Assembly (NCBI GenBank): GCA_013115125.1
Contig: JABANN010000119.1
Coordinates: forward strand, 1-64,000
Origin: Perkinsus olseni
Lineage: Eukaryota
Length of the DNA: 64,000 nt
Direction of reading: 5' to 3'
The notes under the pieces are model-generated. The model was not told the DNA's origin and did not search any database. It saw only the letters and a list, made by a program, of their open reading frames with translations. Of the stretch, positions 1-12,600 are shown one piece after another. The position numbers and the translations under genes were made by a program. The first letter of the stretch is position 1, and each line of letters begins with the position of its first letter.

Positions 1-71
<71 letters not shown>
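1..71. repeat. (ACT)n microsatellite, degenerate copies continue to ~110
   Basis: Perfect actactact... run at the window start. Confidence 0.97.
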
Positions 72-73
<2 letters not shown>

Positions 74-865
74 GTACTGATATTGCTACTACTACAACTA
101 CTACTATACTATCCTCATATATTAGTTCGGTCCTCTCAGTGGCCGACGGCTGTCTCTATTAAATTGGTCTATTTTCTAATATCCCCTCCCTCACTCACGA
201 GCACGTTATCTCGCTCAGAAGCGTGTCTCCTGAATAGTAACCTCGGTAGGCCGGCCTGATGGTTGCTTCGGGCATTATTACCGATCCCGGCATGTGTGGT
301 CAGGAAGGTGGCCCCGCTCATCAATTTGAGGGGCCTCTCGCTGTCTCAGCTCCCTGGGACTAACCGATCACCATCGGTGTTCGGCCGATGAGGTCTGCTA
401 CGAGGTGGTGGCGTCTCTCTGTATTCTTTCCCCTCTGCATTATCGCCTTCCTACCTATCGTTGCGTATGATGATGATGGTGATGATGGCCGTTGACCTCA
501 TTATCGTCACCACCTGTCGTCGCCGCCGTTGTTAGTAGTAATTATTCAATCGACCACAGAGTGTCTTTTCGGTAATCTACCTGCAGTTCAATCGTCGGAC
601 ACACTAGTCGTTGTCTACCATTTGGTAGTTGTTAGAGTAGTTTTCTTGCATGTTTTGGATCGTTCAAACAACCAGTTAGAGTATCTTCACTCAACAGTAG
701 ACGAAACTAGGCAGGCTGCTGCTAATGCTAGTTCCTTCTACAGCGTGTGTGTGTTAATTCTGCTGCCATCAGTACCGTATCGATACAGAAGTGATGGCGA
801 TAGGGAGCTCCGTCCAGCACGGACCGGCCCTGCTGTCAATGCGTGAGGTCTCAGGAGTGCCTCTG

Positions 866-1780
866 TTACGTTGTTAATTGACGGGTGGCGAGGTGAACAG
901 TACCCGAGTAGCGTTGTGAGGGCAGAATGCGTTTCACGTCACTTTCAACATGGTTCAGTATCCATCTCATCTGCCCAGCCGTGAGCGCAGCAGACGCCCC
1001 GGATATCAACTTCTGCAACAGCTCCGAGGCTTCTGATGTCTCTTCTTCTGGCGGGCTCTTGGATCCCGCTAGTATGACTTGCAAGGAGATGCTCCAGTTT
1101 TGGTACCTGAGCAAGTGAGACATTCTACTGACACCTACTCGTTGCCACTCTCCTTCCTCGCATCATCGCCGCTGAACAAGCCTTGCCTCCTTCACGCAGT
1201 ATGATGAGTGCTGAGGAGGGACGGCATTGAATACTCCCGCGCTACCGGAGCACTCCCTGATGGTGTTCAGGAATGCAAGTCTAGCTGAGTATAGACAGAT
1301 GTACGCAGCGCTAAGCTCGGGAGATAGCACGCCCAATGTCAACCACCTAGTTTCACGGGCGGCTTCCTTTATGCAAGCTCAAGTGAGGCTTGAGCCACAA
1401 CCCTGCACGTCTGAGCGGAAAAGGATTTCCCGCCAGGCACACATGCTCAGCGCAATAATACTGGAGAAGCCCCAGTGCATGACGGAGCAGCTGAAATTCG
1501 TCCTGGCAAGCGGTCTTAGGCGACTGAAGACACTCATGGAGAGCCGATGGTGACTACCGACTGGTCGAACATAGCCGCTTGATGGCTGCTGATGCTTCCG
1601 CCTTCTTTCAGGAAGCATCTGTGGTACGCGCATGACTTGTCTCAGCAGTTCCAATCGTACGTTGGGCCTGATGGCTTGGTTGAGAGTATAGTGAGAACGC
1701 AGTTACGGCAGAGCATCGTCGGACTTCCTCCTCGCAGCCATAGCGCTCACAGAGATGGAGTTGGACACTGTCGGCCGCTT
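866..1780 (-). CDS. Hypothetical spliced protein (boundaries approximate)
   Basis: Chain of short minus-strand ORFs with helical, protein-like composition (ELLRQVMRVPQ..., SEASELLQKLISGASAALTAGQMRWILNHVESDVKRIL) separated by intron-sized gaps; no family recognised. Confidence 0.35.
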
Positions 1781-1794
1781 GATGGAGGACTGGG

Positions 1795-2871
1795 ATGAGG
1801 ACCACATGGCAGATACAAAGTATGTATTCAATTGCAGCTCGTGTATACTCACGAGGGCGACGCAAGGCCGAGCGACCCTCCTTATTGATATGTAGCCTTC
1901 GGCTTTTTCTTGATTGGTTGAGCGTGAGCTCCCTTAACACATCGCTTCTGAGCCTGCATTATCGCTTGTGGCCTTGGGAGTACTGGTGGTGATCCTAATA
2001 CGCTGTTGGGTGGTTCCTAGATACTACTCCCATGAGCATGACGGCCGCTATAGCACTTTAGAGTTCCTCAGACGATACACTTTCGAGTCGATACATGACC
2101 TCGATAAGGGAGTGTTGAGGTGAGCCTCATCCTCCTGTAACCCCCAAGATCCACTCAAGATTCGCCGTTCGTAACGTCTTCAAGCGTGGCGACACCGTCG
2201 CTGATTTTGGTAGCGGCACTGGTCAGTGGGCGGAGTGGCTGAACAACACCGGGTGGGTGCGCCCAACAGCCCAAGTCATCACACCCTGCAGTTACGTGAC
2301 GGCCTTCGCTTATGATGGTGTGGGTGACGTTGACATCATCAGCGCCGGCCGGATTGGACGAGTTGAGCTAGCATCGGAGAGTATCGATCTCGGGCGCAGC
2401 TTCAACTGGGGGCTGGCGCTCAACCTCTTCGACACTGTCGGTGGTTTGCTACGTGTCACCCATCCCGAACCTGGCCCACAGGTCTCGACACAACTCGGGG
2501 CAGCCCGTATCATCAGCAACATAGCGAATCACACTGTAGACCAGCCGCCCTACGAGTTCAATTGACGTCGGCTGTGCCGTAGGCTGATGGGGTCATCCTG
2601 TCCTGGGCGGGGCCCAGTGAGTCTGGCGACGTCCCTTCGCCCTTGGACTCCGTCAATGTGGTCGTCACAGTAGAAGGAAACTCCTCCCAGTCCCTCAGGT
2701 GGGCGAAGCAGCTTCGCCGTAACTGCAACCCACTCATCCTGTTTGGTCACTCAGGCTGCTAGGTACAACCCCAGTCTGACGGATAGTCTCAGGGCGAGGG
2801 CCCAGTCGGACTACTTACGGCGCTGGCTTTACGTCTTTGACAAAGTGCGATGGAAGCATGTAACAGCCTGA
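1795..2871 (+). CDS. Class I SAM-dependent methyltransferase-like protein, multi-exon
   Basis: Exon at ~2161-2252 reads FAVRNVFKRGDTVADFGSGTGQWAEWL (motif I, DxGxGxG), followed by VTAFAYDG (motif II-like); last exon RWLYVFDKVRWKHVTA* ends at 2871. Confidence 0.55.
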
Positions 2872-2948
2872 GGTGTTTTCTGCACTCTATCGTGTTATGT
2901 TGTTAATATAAGGCCACTCCACACCATCATCCCCGCAGCCATTACCCC

Positions 2949-4290
2949 ATGTTACTGTCCCTATTTCCTCTGCTACTAGTAACTCTCGTAGTTAAGGTCG
3001 GTATGGACGTGCCACGACCGAGGTGTTGTTAACTTGCTCTCCTCCTCAGGTCGCCACAGCACTCACCACTCGGCTATCTGATGGTAGCCGCATTACAACA
3101 GCAGGTGAGCTATCATCCTCGCTTCTACCACAACAGGCGTGAAGACTGTAACGCTTCAATTGTCCAGGAGTACCTACCCTACCGTGCCACACTGAGCTCA
3201 CGGCTACGGATATTGTCGAGGTCCATCCGGATCCTTTCACGAGAGTAATCCCCAGCTACCCGACTGTATTGGCTATGCGAGCTTCTCCTCAGGTGTCTTG
3301 CAACACGACAAGCTCGCTCAGCAACGACAAGGTTCATCGCCCCTTCTGCTTCGGCTTCAGAGCCCCTTCGAACACCACTACTGAACTGCCCTCCCCGGTA
3401 TGCTGCCGTCAACGGTTGTATCATATCGTTGACATGCTTTTCTTTAGTACGTAGAGGTCGAACTGAAGGCCCCCTACGTCGTTCGAGGTTTCGAATTTGA
3501 CCCGGTGTTTGCCGCAGAGCCGGGTAGGTCGAGGCCGTCCCCCATCACCAGCGTCATTGAGTGAACATCAGATGCTCATAACGAAGGCACTGCGAACAAG
3601 ATAAGGCAGCCTTTCCCGAAGTCGATTAAGTTGAAGTGAGTCTCTAGTAACCACGCTACCGGACGCTTTATGATCTCTGTCAGTGCTGCGATGGGCATCC
3701 ACGCCTTCCAGTGGTATCGAGACATGCTGGCCCGAGAACACTGTAAGCTTTCAGGAGGAATCCTCGGGAATTGAGCAACGACTGATCCTTGTTTTAGCGG
3801 TGGCCTGGACTTCCCTGAACACAGAACCGGAGACACTCAGCAGCTCCAAGTCCGTAGTTGACCTCGAGACGGACCTCCGTGGCCACCTTCTAAGGTAACA
3901 ACCCCTCGGCAGTCGCTCTACTTACAAGATACTCTCAGAATTTGGCCCCGTGCGGAGTTGGTGAGAGGATCCGATATGATGAGGGCGGCCTTTCAGATGA
4001 AGGTATCTTAATAAGCCACGTAACGCCAGGTCGGCGAGTTTCGTCCGTTCAGCTCTACGGCTGCCCGGTGAAGGATACGCGCACGATGCAGCTTAGATTC
4101 AGGTCCAGCTTCGATTCGATCCGGAATAAGTAGGGAATCGTCTTTCACGGCTTTCTGCAGACACTCCTGTCTCCCAGGTTCAAGAGTCTCGACATCTTCC
4201 GCAAAGAGCTTATCAGCCACATTTGCCGGCTTTTGATGTTGTCAAGTTCCACTGCTACCACAACCTGCAGTCGGCTACTCTTCATAGGTA
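2949..4290 (+). CDS. Hypothetical protein with predicted signal peptide, multi-exon (3' end uncertain)
   Basis: ATG at 2949 gives MLLSLFPLLLVTLVVK, followed by several short exons bounded by GT..AG. Confidence 0.4.
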
Positions 4291-6177
4291 AGCCGACCTC
4301 CATCCCCGCAATACAGGCTCATTGATTGTCGCAGATGTCGCTGAGAAGTCCGCGGCTGAGTTCGAGCACCACCGAAAGGACTATCGAGAAGTCTCGCAGA
4401 GGATACAGAGCTACGAGCCCTCCAAAGACCATATACCAAACGTAAATGCAGCGTGCTCCCGATGTGGCTCATAGTGAGGGTTCAGGTGGTGGTCAACTTG
4501 AGAGTACTACCACCAGTGAGCCAGTGTATGGACTGCCGTAAGTGGCCTACGTTTGATGGAGGTATCGGACAATTGATGCCATCTGTCAGGTTCGGCGAGC
4601 GAGCTTGTCTCGCAATTTCGGGAAGTCTTGCGAAGTGAGAGATCGACTGGACACCGAGTGATGGCCAAGTTTGAGGTAGGCGACTGGAGAGCCTCGCAGG
4701 TTGTTAACTCACTAGCCTCACCCTCAGGAATGGGTTACAGACGACACCCCATACTTCTGCTCTGAAGTTCAGTGCCAGGCCGGCCAGGTGAGGACTCAGC
4801 GAAGAGGCCTTGGGCCGCGTTGGAAATATGGTCATACTTTTCAGGATTGCGTAAATGGCGTTTGTATTGACAGAGTTGGACAGCCTCATGATCGTTTGAA
4901 GTGATAATAAGCGACTACATCGCGTCAACGCAACTATCCTTCATGATGATTCTCTTTTGTAGTGTGCACCCGGCCCTCTCCGAATCTCACAGCCGCTTCG
5001 AGTCTGCTGATTTGATCAACTGGGACAGAGAGAACAAAGCCAACAAGGCGAAGCCCCTGATAAGCAACTTTGGAGCAGACATTCCGAAATATCGGTAGAG
5101 GTTGACACCTGTTCTGACTACCTAGCAGCCAGTGTGTATGATAGCTCACTCCGGTGTTACACAGATACGATGATACGTTGCTTCAGCTGAAGCCATTGCC
5201 ACTGATAAAGGGCGCCGATGAGCCTCCCCAGGCCCACTTCGGTAAGCTGTGAGCCACTTGGTTGAGGACATTCCAATCCTTCAGTAACTCCTCAATCTGT
5301 GAAGCCTTCAAATGGTGTCGGCGAAAGCGCACTAGTACGTTACATCCCTTTGCCGTCGGAAAACAGTTGCACGCGGTTCTCAGGAATTCCAATCGGAGGC
5401 CGAGCCCGCAAGCTCCGAGAAGGCCTTCCACAAGCGTTACACGATGTCGTTGATCATAGCGGGGTCCCTCCTAGCGTTACTGATCATTGCCGTGTGTGTA
5501 CGCAAGGCACGTGGCATCAGCCTCGTATGAGGCCCATGAGGGTGCGAGTTGTGAAAACATTAGTTCGAAGCCTCGTGTTTGTAGTCCCGACCGTTGAAGG
5601 CTGATAGTACAATATGACTAGTAGTACTGATAGTAGGCTGTTAGTAGTCTGTTGACCGTCTCGACCAGAGTATTACAGCTGTCGTAGACACCACCGCGCG
5701 ATATACCATCCACCCCACCACTGACGTAAAATCGAATACGGTATCGGCAAAAAGTATTCTTAACGATGCCCTGAGGGCGGTTCAACGGACTTCCAACGGC
5801 ATCTACACGTGACCGGTCGAGGACGTCTTGCGACAACATCGCTCACATATCATACCTCAGTAACCTCACGATTGAGACCTCATTGAGACTTAACGATATG
5901 GCTCATGTCGTTGGCATTTCTCACCTCACAACTCACCACACAATCCATCTCCCAGAGCATGCTCGCATACAGATCACTCGCGCCACGGAAAAGCATATCA
6001 GGGGAGTGTCGATCTATTCCAAGTCTTGACAACCCCCGATTATAGCTGCTGCATTACTGGGAAGCACAAATCACGTATAATCGCAGATCTCAATTATAGA
6101 TCATCATTCATGCATAATGAATGGCAACTCTCTGATGCACATTAGAGGTTATCAAGTATGCCTCGAATAGATTATAG

Positions 6178-6860
6178 TCTAGTCACTTTCCGAGTCGGAA
6201 AGAACTACAACATATTTGTTAGTATCGCTCGGGACCATTTCCCCACCGGGGGAGAAGAACTTGGGCCGATTGACTCTCCGTCCACTTCTCGTACGGCCTC
6301 CTTCTTGGGCAGGATGAGGCGCCTTCAGATGACTCTCTAACAACGGAGCAACATTACGCCCAGTTCAACGCCCGGTCATCGTCGATTGGAGGCGCGTGGT
6401 CATTAAAACGCCTGTTCTGCCGTGGAATCGCTTACTCGTAGGACTCGACCTCCGTCGTATGGGGGAGGACTGGCGCCTACTCGGCCTTGGCGGGGAGGCA
6501 TTCACGTCGTCTTCTGGTTCCTCCTTGACAACTACTTCTCCTGCAGCATACGCGCGTCGCTGCTCGGCCGACATGTGCTGTAACGGCGGTGACAGAGGAA
6601 CTGGCAAGAGAGAAAAGAGACTGACTATTGTCAGCCCGCTACGAGAAACAAGAGACTCACTTTCGGACGGAACAGGGCTGGGAGAGTAGTGCACTACTTG
6701 GTTCTTTCTTGACGTACTAAACCTCACCTGTGACTGCCGTCGGCGTTTCTTGACTGGTGGATGAGCTCCGCGAGCCTGAAAGTGAGCCACACTGCCATTC
6801 CTGACAACTGATCTGCATCATCGACTCACTTCTCTTGATCGCTTAGAAGGCACCGCCGCA
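6178..6860 (-). CDS. Hypothetical basic, Ser/Arg-rich low-complexity protein, spliced
   Basis: PVKKRRRQ (NLS-like), VKEEPEDD, RRQSSPIRRRSSP; terminal exon ...VVVLSDSESD*. Start uncertain. Confidence 0.35.
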
Positions 6861-7892
6861 TGAGCTTTACCTTCAGCTGGCTCGCGCCTAGCTGTGACGA
6901 GGGACCGGAGGGACGCAGAAATGAACGACGTTATCTTGCTGAACATGGGATGGATACGGAAAGAAATTAACTTGGAGGCTGAGCAAAGGTGAAGACCTCC
7001 AGAAAGACGCCATCACTGTGTGGTGACAGATGGGCGTTCGTTCCCTAGTCGACGAAACGGTTACGTGCATTAAGGAACGCGCAAGAACCTAAGAGACGAG
7101 CGCGGGCGCCGGCACAGCAGATAACAGTTAGGGCACTTTCCCCCGGCGATTAGAGACGATCCAGTGTACAGCGACGGCATCGGTGAGCGTTGGAAGTGGT
7201 GTGCTGATTAGTCCCGAGAAAGTCAACATGTACCAAGTATCAAGGCGTCGAAACACGACGGGCGCATAAACTGGAACGATGTAACATGCTCGACTGTGGC
7301 TTGATGAACTAAGGCCCGGCGTTCAGTTGGGCGCTTCGAAACCCCTATCCTGCAGGCGGGCAGTGGAGCTTAGGAGATCTTAAACAGCTGATGCTGAGGG
7401 CCGATGGCGTCTTTGGTGCCGCATGAATGTTACGAGGACTCAATGCTAATCGGGCTTTCGCCAAGCGTATCGACGCCGTTGAGGATTAGTGAGGGGAGCA
7501 TATTGAACTGATAGAACCTAGATAGACATTAATGGGGGAATTTGTAGAGGACAATAGCTGGATGAGCGGCTCTTATGCTGCGAAGACCAGTGTACGAAAT
7601 ATGGGAGGGGGGCCCAATCGACGGACTCGTAATCGACATCTAACAGACCATCACGCTTCCTACATCCCACATTGATTGACAAGTCCAAATCATTGGTACA
7701 GGGGTAAAGGGGTGCTTCTGCGGGGAGCTCCTCAGGGAGTAAGCAAAGGCAGTAGAGCTCTCGTCAGGCCGCGAAATATAGTTTGAACCCTTTCGCTTAA
7801 TCGCCTGGGGGTACTGTCAAGAAATGACAGTTTGCCGAAGGTATGGTATGCGGGAAGAAGACGCAAAATGGATGTATTCTCGAAGGAGCTCC

Positions 7893-9440
7893 TCAAGGCA
7901 CGTTGACCTGGTAAGTATCGTCTCCATGAAACAAGTAACCAGCTATCTGTTGGACCGCTGCTACAGCGGCATTGACGTTGGCCTCGAGAGTCTGGGCGCC
8001 CATCTTCACAGGAGTCGTGACGACCTAGAATACGCCTGTGGTGTCAACCTCGAACTCGACTGGTTTCACCTGTTGAGCGAATCGGGCTTCACCGAGAGCC
8101 GCACGGATCTGATCCACATTGGATGGCTTCATGTCGGTGATATAGGTGAGGTCCGGTCTAGCGGTGAGAACTTCGAGGAGGGCATCCTCGTCTATAACCT
8201 GAAAGCAGATTGGCAGCTCAACCAGCACTGTCGTAGCAACGTACTGTTAGAGGCGGGGTTTGGGAACTAATAAGTGTGCAGAACAACAGGTGACATTGAG
8301 AGAGACTATCAAGCTCCATCAACTGTACACGCGTGCAGCAGAAATCAAACAGTCACTATCATAAGCACTAGCGTGCATAGTCCGACTGAGTGCGGCAACA
8401 ACTGACCTCCTGCCTAGCCGTATTCATCAGGATACCTCCTTTCTTCAAGGAAGAGAGCTTCTTGCGGTCTACGCAGCCCTGAGATCGCAGTTGTGTTGAA
8501 CCGACAAGGAGAACACACGTAGGAGTGTGAACCGGCACTCGGGCAACTCACTCTGGACTGTGCGTTCGATGGCATGTGAAGGCTGACGATATCACAGCGC
8601 TGGAAGAGTTCATCAGGGGAGCTCAACATGGAGCAATTCCCGTATTGGCAACGGCCGGACCGAGAGTAGCCGTAGCACCTGTGACGCGCACTGACACGGG
8701 AACCGGAGAGTGGCGAAAACCTACGTCATCTGGAATCCCCGAGCGATTTCTGCGACATTTGCAGCGATACGACCACACCCGAACAAGCCAATAGTCTTTC
8801 CCCTGAGCATGGTACCAGTCGAGAAATACGGCGGAACTGGTGGCCGCCTCCGGTCCTACTTGAGTTCGAAGCCGGAAGAACCATTGAAGCGTCGCCTGGC
8901 GTGATAGAGTAGAAGCCCAAAGACAAGCTCGGCCACTGCATTGGCATTCTGACCCGGAGTGTTCATGACGCATACACCTATCCAGAAACCTGAGTACTCC
9001 CAGAACAGCAGCAAAGCGGTTACCCCTTTTTGTAGCAGCTTCCAGGTCCACATTGTCGTATCCCGCCCCTGCCCTCACGATCACTTTCAAGTCCTACATT
9101 TGAGATGCAAGTACGATAGTGAAGGACACACCAGCAACATCCTCTCACAGGTGCGTGGTCGAAGAAGTCTGCGTCTGCCTTGTCCGATCGTATAATACAC
9201 CCTGTGGAGCCTGGAAGGGCCTCGTAGAGCTCCTCTGGGGACTTGTACCTCGTCGAATGCTGATATTGACAAGAGGCATCACAAACAGGCAGCGGCATAC
9301 CCTTCTAGTTTCTTAAGAGTGGAGCCTAACTCGTCACAGGCTGCGGCGACCGCCTCCACCGCCTCCCTTGCGAAGGGCTTAGCAGCCGCCAACAACACGA
9401 CAGGGCTCACAGTGTTATCGGGATAGATTAGAGGGCACAT
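7893..9440 (-). CDS. serA: D-3-phosphoglycerate dehydrogenase (short type III, Lys-type), multi-exon
   Basis: Spliced motifs: MCPLIYPDNTVSPVVLLAAAKPFA, IIRSDK, VIVRAGAGYDNVDL, VMNTPGQNANAVAELVFG, GKTIGLFGCGRIA, CDIVSLHMP, LMNTARQE/VIDEDAL, TPVKMGAQTLEANVNAA, ending YQVNVP*. These are typical D-2-hydroxyacid dehydrogenase/PGDH motifs. Confidence 0.85.
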
Positions 9441-9661
9441 AGCAGATGGGGAGCGGAGAGAGGCGAGACCCGACAGTCAGCTGACACGGGGCCTCGCAGC
9501 CAAGCGTATATCGCACACCAGCCTTTCTGCCCTCGCCCAGGGATTGAGTAACTCAATAAGCATGCGATGCTGTCAATAGAAAAGTATATCGGGGAGGGGG
9601 AGGGGGGGAATACTACAGCATATCGATGATAAAATGTGAATTTACGTTTGAACAATGAGCA

Positions 9662-12600
9662 TCACAGCCAAGGCAGCCAGTCGTAGCTCGCAACAGCGGC
9701 GATCTCGTCTCCATTCCGTGCCTTCTCAATCAGTTCTGCCACATGGTGACCATAGGTCCTGATGTCCCCGCCCGGCTGGGCGATGAAGTCCAGCCTTTGC
9801 CCAACGAGGACTATACGACGCTCGATCTCAGCAGTGACCTCGGCGGGGGTGGGGGGTCGCAAGGGCGTTGACGTGCTGAGGAGAATCCACGTGGTGCAAT
9901 GGCTCCTCGCAAAGTGCGGCTTTGATCACACTTACCTTGCCAACTGCGAACGCAGCTCTAGCCTGACCACATCGAGGAATGATTCCTTGTAGTCGACCAG
10001 GCACTCAGCGAGAGCAATCATGACGGCGGGCATGACGGTGGACCAGTTCCGGTCCCCCAGCAGCTCACAGAGGCCCCGGGTGAAGCGGAAGGGTATGGGA
10101 TGGAGCCCGCTGCCAATGCCCCAGCTCGTCACAGAGGACACTGGCATGGAACCTGAACAGCGACCAGAGGCAGATCAGAGTCGAATTGCGAAGTCCCTCG
10201 AGGAGTGCGTACCAGGTAGGGTGGTGGAGAAAATGCATTGGTCGGGTTGGCAGCTCATGGGGTCCGTCCCCAGGATGAAGCCAACAGCAGATATAAGGCC
10301 TAGCTGGCTGGCCAGTTCCTCAGACAGCTGGGACGCCGCGGCATGGCTAGCCCCGCCTGCTAGGCCGTATGCTGCTCTGCAACCACGAAGGACAGACTCC
10401 TTCAGCACAGTAGCGGGTATGGCAGGGAGATCAGAGGGGGCCACAGTGCCCGGCGCGGTGATGAACGTGTAGGACCTGAGGGAGCCGACCTGTGAGCCGG
10501 AAACCCCGATGAGCCACTCACCTCGGCCCTGGGTTAGTGGAGTCCCTTAGAGCACACTGAGCGATGAGGCTGTCGATGTCAAGGACCTCCATCAGACTCT
10601 GCTGTATGCTGGTGTACCAGCCCGTTGGGCAGGTGGACTCCTCCAACCAGCAGTCCTTCGAGGGGAGTGGTATCACATCGACACAGTGCAGTCGGGCTAG
10701 GCCAGGGCTGTAGGTAGTCGGATCATTCGACTTCTGCAAGAAACCATTGAGGGCTCCGACGAACTGTCCAGGTCCACCACTGAGCCGAGGAGTAGGGGCG
10801 CGTCCGCCACGCCGGGTTGTTCTGCTAACCCAGTAATATCGGCGGCCATTACTGCCGATGAGAGTGATCTGCCGAACCTTGGGGCTCAGCGGGCTTCGGC
10901 CAGACCCAGCAGGAGTGACGTACTTCAGCGCTCCAGCCACCCCTGCCAGCGTTGGGAAAGCTCGGCTCTCAGCAACAGCAATGCCTGGACCAGCGAGGAG
11001 GGCTCGGTTTTGGCATGCCGCGAGCCAGGGCACTTCTAGATGTGGGCGCCAATGAGACCTCCTCAATGCCTTGAAATGAGCGATGGAGGGCTGCTGCTCC
11101 TGCTGGTACTTCTTGCACTCGCTCAGAACCTCGGAACAGAAGGACTCTAAGCCCGCCAAGGTGGTCAAGTCCCTCTTCTCCACCGGCATGCCTGCCGCTG
11201 ACGCCAGAAGGCCAAGATCATCAGGAGATGGCAACGGGTTCATAGGGCGTCTCTTGATAGCAGACAGCACCTCGGCAGCCTCACTAGCGGCCTGCTCTAA
11301 GGGCTGCGGGGCCACACATTCCAGTAGGGCCTTGGAGAACTCGACGCACTCGGGAGCGGTGCGCTCGACGGTTTGGATGATTTCCTGGCATACAGCGTGG
11401 GCTCTCGCGCTTCTCGCGTCCTCCCGATCTGCCAGCTGGGCTGTGAAAGCTGCCGTACGATAATAGACCCGCTGAGGGTATTCTGCTGCCAACGCTAGTA
11501 AGAGTTTCTTGGCGCAGCGACTCGCTTCCGCCTCAGAGCCATCAACCAGCAACTCGAGGAGCCTTGGCGTCCACCTCAACCAAACAGCCAGAGGGACCTC
11601 AGTAGCATAAGTAGCGAAGGCGTCGACGACCGAATCATTCTCGCCTCTATCCATGAGGTCCCGAAGGACCCTCGGTATGAATGTGTAACCTAGGCTCGTG
11701 TCCAGCCCAACCGCTTGCAAGGCAGCAGTAATGGCCGCAGCCCTGGCCGGAGGGTCGCCCTCCCGTAACCACAGAAGAGTGGCTAGATTCTCCCAGGCGT
11801 CTGAGCTTGTCGGATCCAAGGCCAGTGATGTAGAATAGAGCTGCTCTGCCGAGGCACCAGCGCCCAGACCGTGGTGGATGTTACCCTCGAGGCACACTAT
11901 ATGAGACACTTGCTTCATGCCCAGGGTATCGATCCACGATGCTGAGTTCATGGCAGCCAGAGTTCGTCGCTGTTCATCACCATCTCCCGACGTGATAGCC
12001 AGCTTGGTGCCTTCGACGATGCTCCACACTCTCTCGTCCTGACAGCCTGGGTAAGCCTCTGTCCGCCTATCGACTGCATAGTTCTCTAGGAAGTGATGGG
12101 CCACTAGAGGTAGCCCAAGGCGACGTGCTGCCATCGACATACGGATCTGAAAACGTGCCAAATTTACCCACGGAAGGGGGAGCGTAGAACGTACATTAGA
12201 CCAGGCTGAATCCTGTACGTAGGCTGAATGCACGGGCTGGAGCCCTTGATTCCCCCGTACTGCTGCCACATCGCTAGGGAGGTTAGTCTCCGAGGGGTCC
12301 ACGTCTCTGAAAGGACTCTCTCGGTGCTTGTGACGATACTATGAGGACTCCTACCTGCACAGCCGCTTGGCAAGGTGGAAGGCAAACTGCCTCCAAGTGA
12401 ATATTTCGCCCCAAACGCTCATTGGCTCAGCACGGGAGGGGACCCGGTTTCGCCAAATTTGAAGTTGGCCACTGAGGTCTGGCACGGCACAGATCTTGCT
12501 GGACCCAGCCTTAGCCTGTACACCCGCAGGAGTGAGGTGCGGAAGGCTCATCGCGATCACCTGACGCCGGCAACCTAAATTAAACCGAGTAAGGGCGGCG

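Noticed and set aside
1-110. Terminal repeat as a telomere
   Set aside because: The unit is ACT/TAG, not a G-rich telomeric unit, and the same repeat occurs internally at 40286-40330; ordinary microsatellite.
120-530. Possible ribozyme or retroelement UTR next to the microsatellite
   Set aside because: No complete hammerhead (CUGAnGA...GAAA) or HDV-like core could be built; unsupported without a search.
4300-6150. Short ORFs as a gene or TE relic
   Set aside because: No coherent spliced frame or recognisable motif.
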